Shown here: one piece after another, positions 59,158 through 64,000 of the stretch
Layout of the letters: every line of letters starts with the position of its first letter
How positions within the stretch are numbered: position 1 is the stretch's first letter
NCBI RefSeq assembly: GCF_000143415.4
Contig: NW_003314297.1
Coordinates: 1,390,412 to 1,454,411, forward strand
Length of the DNA: 64,000 nucleotides
Reading direction: 5' to 3'
DNA from: Selaginella moellendorffii
Lineage: Eukaryota > Plantae > Lycopodiophyta
Translations under genes and position numbers: made by a program
The notes under the pieces: model-generated
Database searches by the model: none
The model's input: only the letters and a program-made list of their open reading frames with translations
What the model was told of the DNA's origin: nothing

Positions 59158-62100
59158 TTAGAGGAGATGAGGGGCACCTTTATTGTTCTTGAAGAGTGCT
59201 TGGATTTAGGATTTTGGTTTAGATCTAGCTTTTGCATTGTTTAGATCTAGCTTTTTCCATTTCCTTTATTTTGTTCTTCCTTTTCAGGATTTTGGTTTAG
59301 ATCTAGCTTTTTGCATTGTCTAAATCTACTATTTCCTTTTAGCTTTTTGTCATTTCTTTTCTTTTGCTCTCTCTTTTTCGTTCATCTTTATGGCAGATCA
59401 GCAATCTCCTCCTTGGACTCTAGAGCAGCAGTTGGTCCAATTGCTTGATGCTATGCGCTTGCAATTGAACAACCAAACTCAATTGATGACGGCATTCACG
59501 GCACGTGGTCCAACTCCTCCTGCTCTTGGTGCCAATCCTCGCGTTCGGCCGGAGTTCTTTTGTAAGAATCCTAGGGATGATGTGTACCATTGATTCGATC
59601 ACTTCACGGTGATTGCCACATATCATTCTTGGGATGATGCTCGACGTTTGCGTAAGTTTCCCAAATGTCTCCAAGGGACAGCATTGCAGTGGTACAATGG
59701 ATTGAGCGCGGCCACTCGTGGGGATTGGGGTGTTCTTCCGGACGTCTTCAAATGCACCTTCAGATATGCTGATGATTGTGATGATGCCTTCCAACAATTG
59801 CATCGTCTTCGCTAAGGGCCATCTGAGTCGGTGATGCAATTTGGCGTTTGTTTTCGAAGTTTTTTACTTCGTGCAGAGCCAAATATATCGGAGTGGATCA
59901 AGATAGGAATGTTGTGGCCAGCACTTCGTCAAGATCTTGTTGGATTTGTGCATGCACTTGCTCCTACTACCCTTGATGATGCTCTTTGCTTGGCACAACA
60001 TTATGAAACGTCGCCTCTTCCACTTCTCGTTGCACGTCCTTCAGCTCCACTTCCTATGAGTGATGGTCCTGTTCCAATGGAGGTTGATGCTGTTGCTACT
60101 CGAGTCCACGGACAAGGGTGAGGACGTGGTCGTGGCCGTAATGTTCGTTGCTGAGCGTGTGATGAAGTTGGTCATACTTATCGGCGTTGTCGGTGCTTTC
60201 TAGATTGGCAACCTCCATTTCCTGGGTGGAAACCTTGGCATCATCAACGTCCTGTTGGTGCTGCTGCAGTGGAAGGTTTGGACACCACGGTGCATCCGGG
60301 AAACGAGGAGTCGCGCGAGTAATGGAGGGACCTTGCGCGAATAAGTTAGTGACCCCTCCATCTTTCTTTCGGGAGTATCATCAAGGGGTTCACTCGGCAC
60401 CAGTTCATCTAGTGTTTACTTTCCAAGCTCGTTTTTATAACAAGAGGTCTCCTATTATTCTCTTCATGTTGGTTGATACAAGTTCGAGTTTATCTTCTAT
60501 TGCTCGACCTGTTGCCACACGTTATTGTCTACACTTGCGTCGTGCAGCGGACCTAGTTTTCATTCTTTATGGCAACGGCCGTACACATGCATGTGCACGA
60601 GATGAGGCGGACCTGGTTGTGTGTGTGGGCGATCTCGAGCTTGAGCTGCAGTCGTTGCGGGTGGTGCCAAGTCAAGCTTTTGACCTCATTCTTGGTATGG
60701 ATTGGTTGTAGCGCAATCATGCCAAGTGTGACTTTGAGGCTTCTCCCCTTTGTCTCATACTTCCTTATGTTTCATCCATTCCTCTCACTTTCGTACCTCT
60801 TCATCCCTCTACTTTTACCTCTGCTTCCATTACTTTTGTTCCCCCACTATTTCCTCCTGTGTTTCCATCTTGTTCTGCTCTTCCCTTTTCCAATCCCTCC
60901 AACGATCTTTATGTTGAAGCTGTTGACCGGCTCATGAAGGAGTATTCTGATCTCTTTGACTTTGACCTATCATCTGGGGCCAAGATTGCCACAAGTCATC
61001 CCATTCCAACCGGGGATGCTCGTCCAATCAAGGTTTATGTTCGTCGTCGGTCACCCAAGGAGATCAAGATTTTACATGCAAACGTCAAGGAGATGTTGAA
61101 GAAGGGTGTTATTCGGAAGTCGCGGAGTCTTTGGGCATGTGAACCTCATCTTGTGACAAAACCTGATGGGAGTATTCGTTTCTACATCGACTATCGTCCG
61201 TTAAATGAAGTGACGACCCCAGATGTGTACCCTCTTCCTCACACTACTGATCTCTTGGATCGTCTGGGGCGAAGTCGTTGGTTCACCAAGCTAGATCTTG
61301 CTTCTGGGTACTGGCAAGTACCGATGGCCGAAGAAGATATTCCTAAGACTACTTTTCGTACACTATTTGGTTTGTACGAGTTCTTGGTGATGCTGTTTAG
61401 TTTGAACAATGCTCCAGCAACTTTCCAGTAGATGATGGACGAAGTTCTTTGTGATATGCTAGAGGTGACTACTGACTTCATTGATGATGTTTTGATTCAC
61501 TTGGAGGGGACATGAGAGGAGCATATTCGTGATGTGTGTAAAGTGTTGGATTGGCTACGGGATGTTGATTTAAAGTTGAAGTGGTCGAAGTGTGTGTTTA
61601 GGTCCAAGGACATAACTTATCTTGGGTACCGTATTTCTCGTGAGGGTTTGCAAGTTGATTCTGACAAACTTGTAGCCGTTTTAAAGTTCCCTACTCCAAA
61701 GTGTGTGAATGATGTGCAGCGCTTCTTAGGCAAGGTGCAGTATCTTAGTTGTTTTGTGGATCATCTTTCTGATCGCACAGCACCATTACGAGTGTTGCTG
61801 AAGTTATCAACATCATCTTTCATCTGGTCTCCGGATTGTGAGTGGGCGTTCAGGGATCTCAAAGATCTATTGACGACTCCTTCGGTTTTGGCATATCCTG
61901 ACTACACTTGACCTTTTATTTTGCACGTCAATGCTTCTGATATTGGTCTTGGAAGTGTATTAATGCAAGAAAGCCCGAGTGTGCTTGATCAGCGTCATTC
62001 CATTGCATATATAAGCTGTACATTACAACTAGCAGAGGTGAACTACTCCACGATAGAGAAGGAGTGTTTAGCGGCAGTTTGGGGTTTCAAGAAACTTCAT

Positions 62101-63815
62101 GCATATCTACATGGTTCTTGGACGTTACTTGAAGGTGACCATGCTACCGTTACTTCATTATTGAAGCGGAAGAACCTTGTTGGTCGTATTACTCGGTGGG
62201 CTTTGAAGCTTTAGATATATGATTTTGATGTTGTTCATCGCCCAAGGAGTTCTATGGCTGATGCTGATGCCCTTTCTCGAGCTCCTCTTCCTTCTCCACT
62301 CTCTTCTCATGTTTCTGATGAGCTTGTTGTTCCAGTATCTGTGGATTTTCTAGATGAGGATTTTGTGGCGTCGGCGGTTGCTGTACTTGACGTTCAGTGT
62401 CCTCAAGGCGCAGAGCAAGATCTACTTTCTCTTGATGAGGCTTGCAAGGCTCAAAAGATTGAGCCGTGGATTCGAAGGCTTCGAGATGCGTTTGAGAATC
62501 CTGCATCACTTGCTGATGACTTGCCTTTCCGGCATTTACATTTTCAATATCACCTTGAAGATGGCCTTCTTTATTTTGTGGGGACGGATCCTGATGATCA
62601 TTTACGGCTAGTGGTGCCTTCTGTCTTTATTCCGCGGTTTCTCCATGCCTACCATGATTCTCTTGTTCTAGGTGGGCATATAGGACATCGTCGGGTGACC
62701 GAGAAGCTGCGCAGGTCTTTCTATTGGCCGGAGATGCGACGTGATGTTATCCAGTATATGCGTAGCTGCGTTTGGTGCCAAGTTCGTAATATTCCCCCTT
62801 GTGCTGCGGAAGGACGGTTGGAGTCAATTGCAGTTTCCCGTCTGTTTGAGTTGGTGGCATTTGATCTTATGAGACCTTTCCACGGTCGACTGCTGGCAAT
62901 GAGTATGTTATTATTGCTTCTAACTACTTGACTCGTTGGGTGGAAGTTGGTGCTCTTACTAGCACCTCTGCAACTGCTGTTGGATATTTCCTACTCAATC
63001 AAGTGGTGTTCCAGCATTCTTGTCCAGAGCGGATTCTTTCAGATAATGGTCCTGCATTTATGGCTGAGGCATTTCATGTTTTGATGTCTTGGTTGGGGAT
63101 ACGCCACACTTTTACGAGTGCTTATCATCCACAATTAGATGGTCTAGTGGAACGGCTCATTCGGACGTTCAAAGGGATGATTGCGAAGTATATGAACTTT
63201 CAGCATTTGGATTGGGATGGTTATTTGCCGTCTCTTCGGTATGCCTATGTCACAGGGGTGTAGAGTTCTGTTGGTGCTTCACCATATAAACTTCTATATG
63301 GTCATGATCCAATATTACGAATGGAGCTGGGTTTACCTTCGCGATTGCCACGACCTCCCGATGCTAAGTCGTGGGATCAATATTTGACGAGCATTCTTCC
63401 ACTTGTCTAAGCAGAGTCTGCCGAACACTTAGGCAGTGTACAAGTGGGACAACAACGGCACTACAACTCCCATCATCGTCCACCAGCAAAGTACAAAGTG
63501 GATGATTTGGTGTTAGTCCGTTTTCCCCATCTTACGGTACGTGGTTTATCTAAAGGGCTCCTTGTGCAGTGGAAAGGACCGTATCAGATGTTGCAGCAAG
63601 TTGGACCGCAAGTTTATGAGGTTCGGCATGACGTCCAGCAGGCCGATCCTCCAGAGATTGTGCATGTGCAGTGGTTGAAACGCTTCATACAAAGGGATCA
63701 GGAGCAGTTAATACCATCTACAGATCCGCCAAATGCCTCCTCCTGACATTCCTCCAGATCTTGGCCTGTCTACAAAAAAACCCTAACGGCCTTCCATTAT
63801 TCTGAGAGGAGGGGA

Positions 63816-63994
63816 TGATATGAAGGCCAAGTGTATGGCTACGATGCCATATACTAATATTAGCATAGTGGGATTTTGGTAGCCATTGGATTGGTTTCAA
63901 TCCGGACCACTCGTTCCAGTATATAAGCTAGGGTTTTTGGGCTAATTGATATGCATATTTCTGTTTTCCCTTTTCCATATTCCATGCACTCACA
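63816..63994 (+). repeat. 3' LTR
   Basis: Begins TG right after the polypurine tract (63816 or 63821) and ends CACA. Confidence 0.88.
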
Positions 63995-64000
63995 CCCTTA

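Larger units (their letters stand above)
59007..63994 (+). mobile_element. Degenerate Ty3/gypsy LTR retrotransposon (gag-PR-RT-RH-INT), no chromodomain seen
   Basis: Direct repeats 59007-59157 and 63844-63994 ending in CA; PPT GAGAGGAGGGGA at 63804-63815; gag LQGTALQWY and GPVPMEVD; PR LVDT..LILGMDWL; RT IDYRPLN, KLDLASGYWQV, FIDDVL; RH NYSTIEKEC, ADALSR; INT HHCC, SDNG, GPY; many in-frame stops. Confidence 0.96.

Noticed and set aside
59205-59345. Short direct repeats (TTTAGATCTAGCTTTT) superficially like an array
   Set aside because: Imperfect tandem repeats in the retrotransposon leader; no unique spacers, not CRISPR

Overview
Gene-dense land-plant nuclear DNA with very short introns (about 50-65 nt) and tiny intergenic spaces. 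The style fits a lycophyte such as Selaginella (inference, not proven). The window holds about 28 protein-coding loci, mostly conserved: guanylate kinase, RRM protein, LLPH, uL6, FAF-like, bHLH, L-aspartate oxidase, SUVR, EIF1AD, extensin, RCC1-like, RING, STIG1, NAR2, SC35, DapB and NRAMP. It also has tRNA-Glu and tRNA-Asn genes. A rearranged accessory zone at 17-28 kb contains a TPR-SET pseudogene, LEA copies and an RPW8-like NLR with an in-frame C-terminal DUF4283 (LINE ORF1-like) domain. A tandem duplication of about 7.2 kb (tRNA-Asn, CYP450, CHID1, ATXR2, mevalonate kinase) shows reciprocal decay of its two copies. A degenerate Ty3/gypsy LTR element occupies the right end. The top candidates for novelty are the NLR-DUF4283 fusion and a plastid-type uL6 carrying a mitochondrial-looking presequence. 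Exon boundaries were read by eye and may be off by a few bases.
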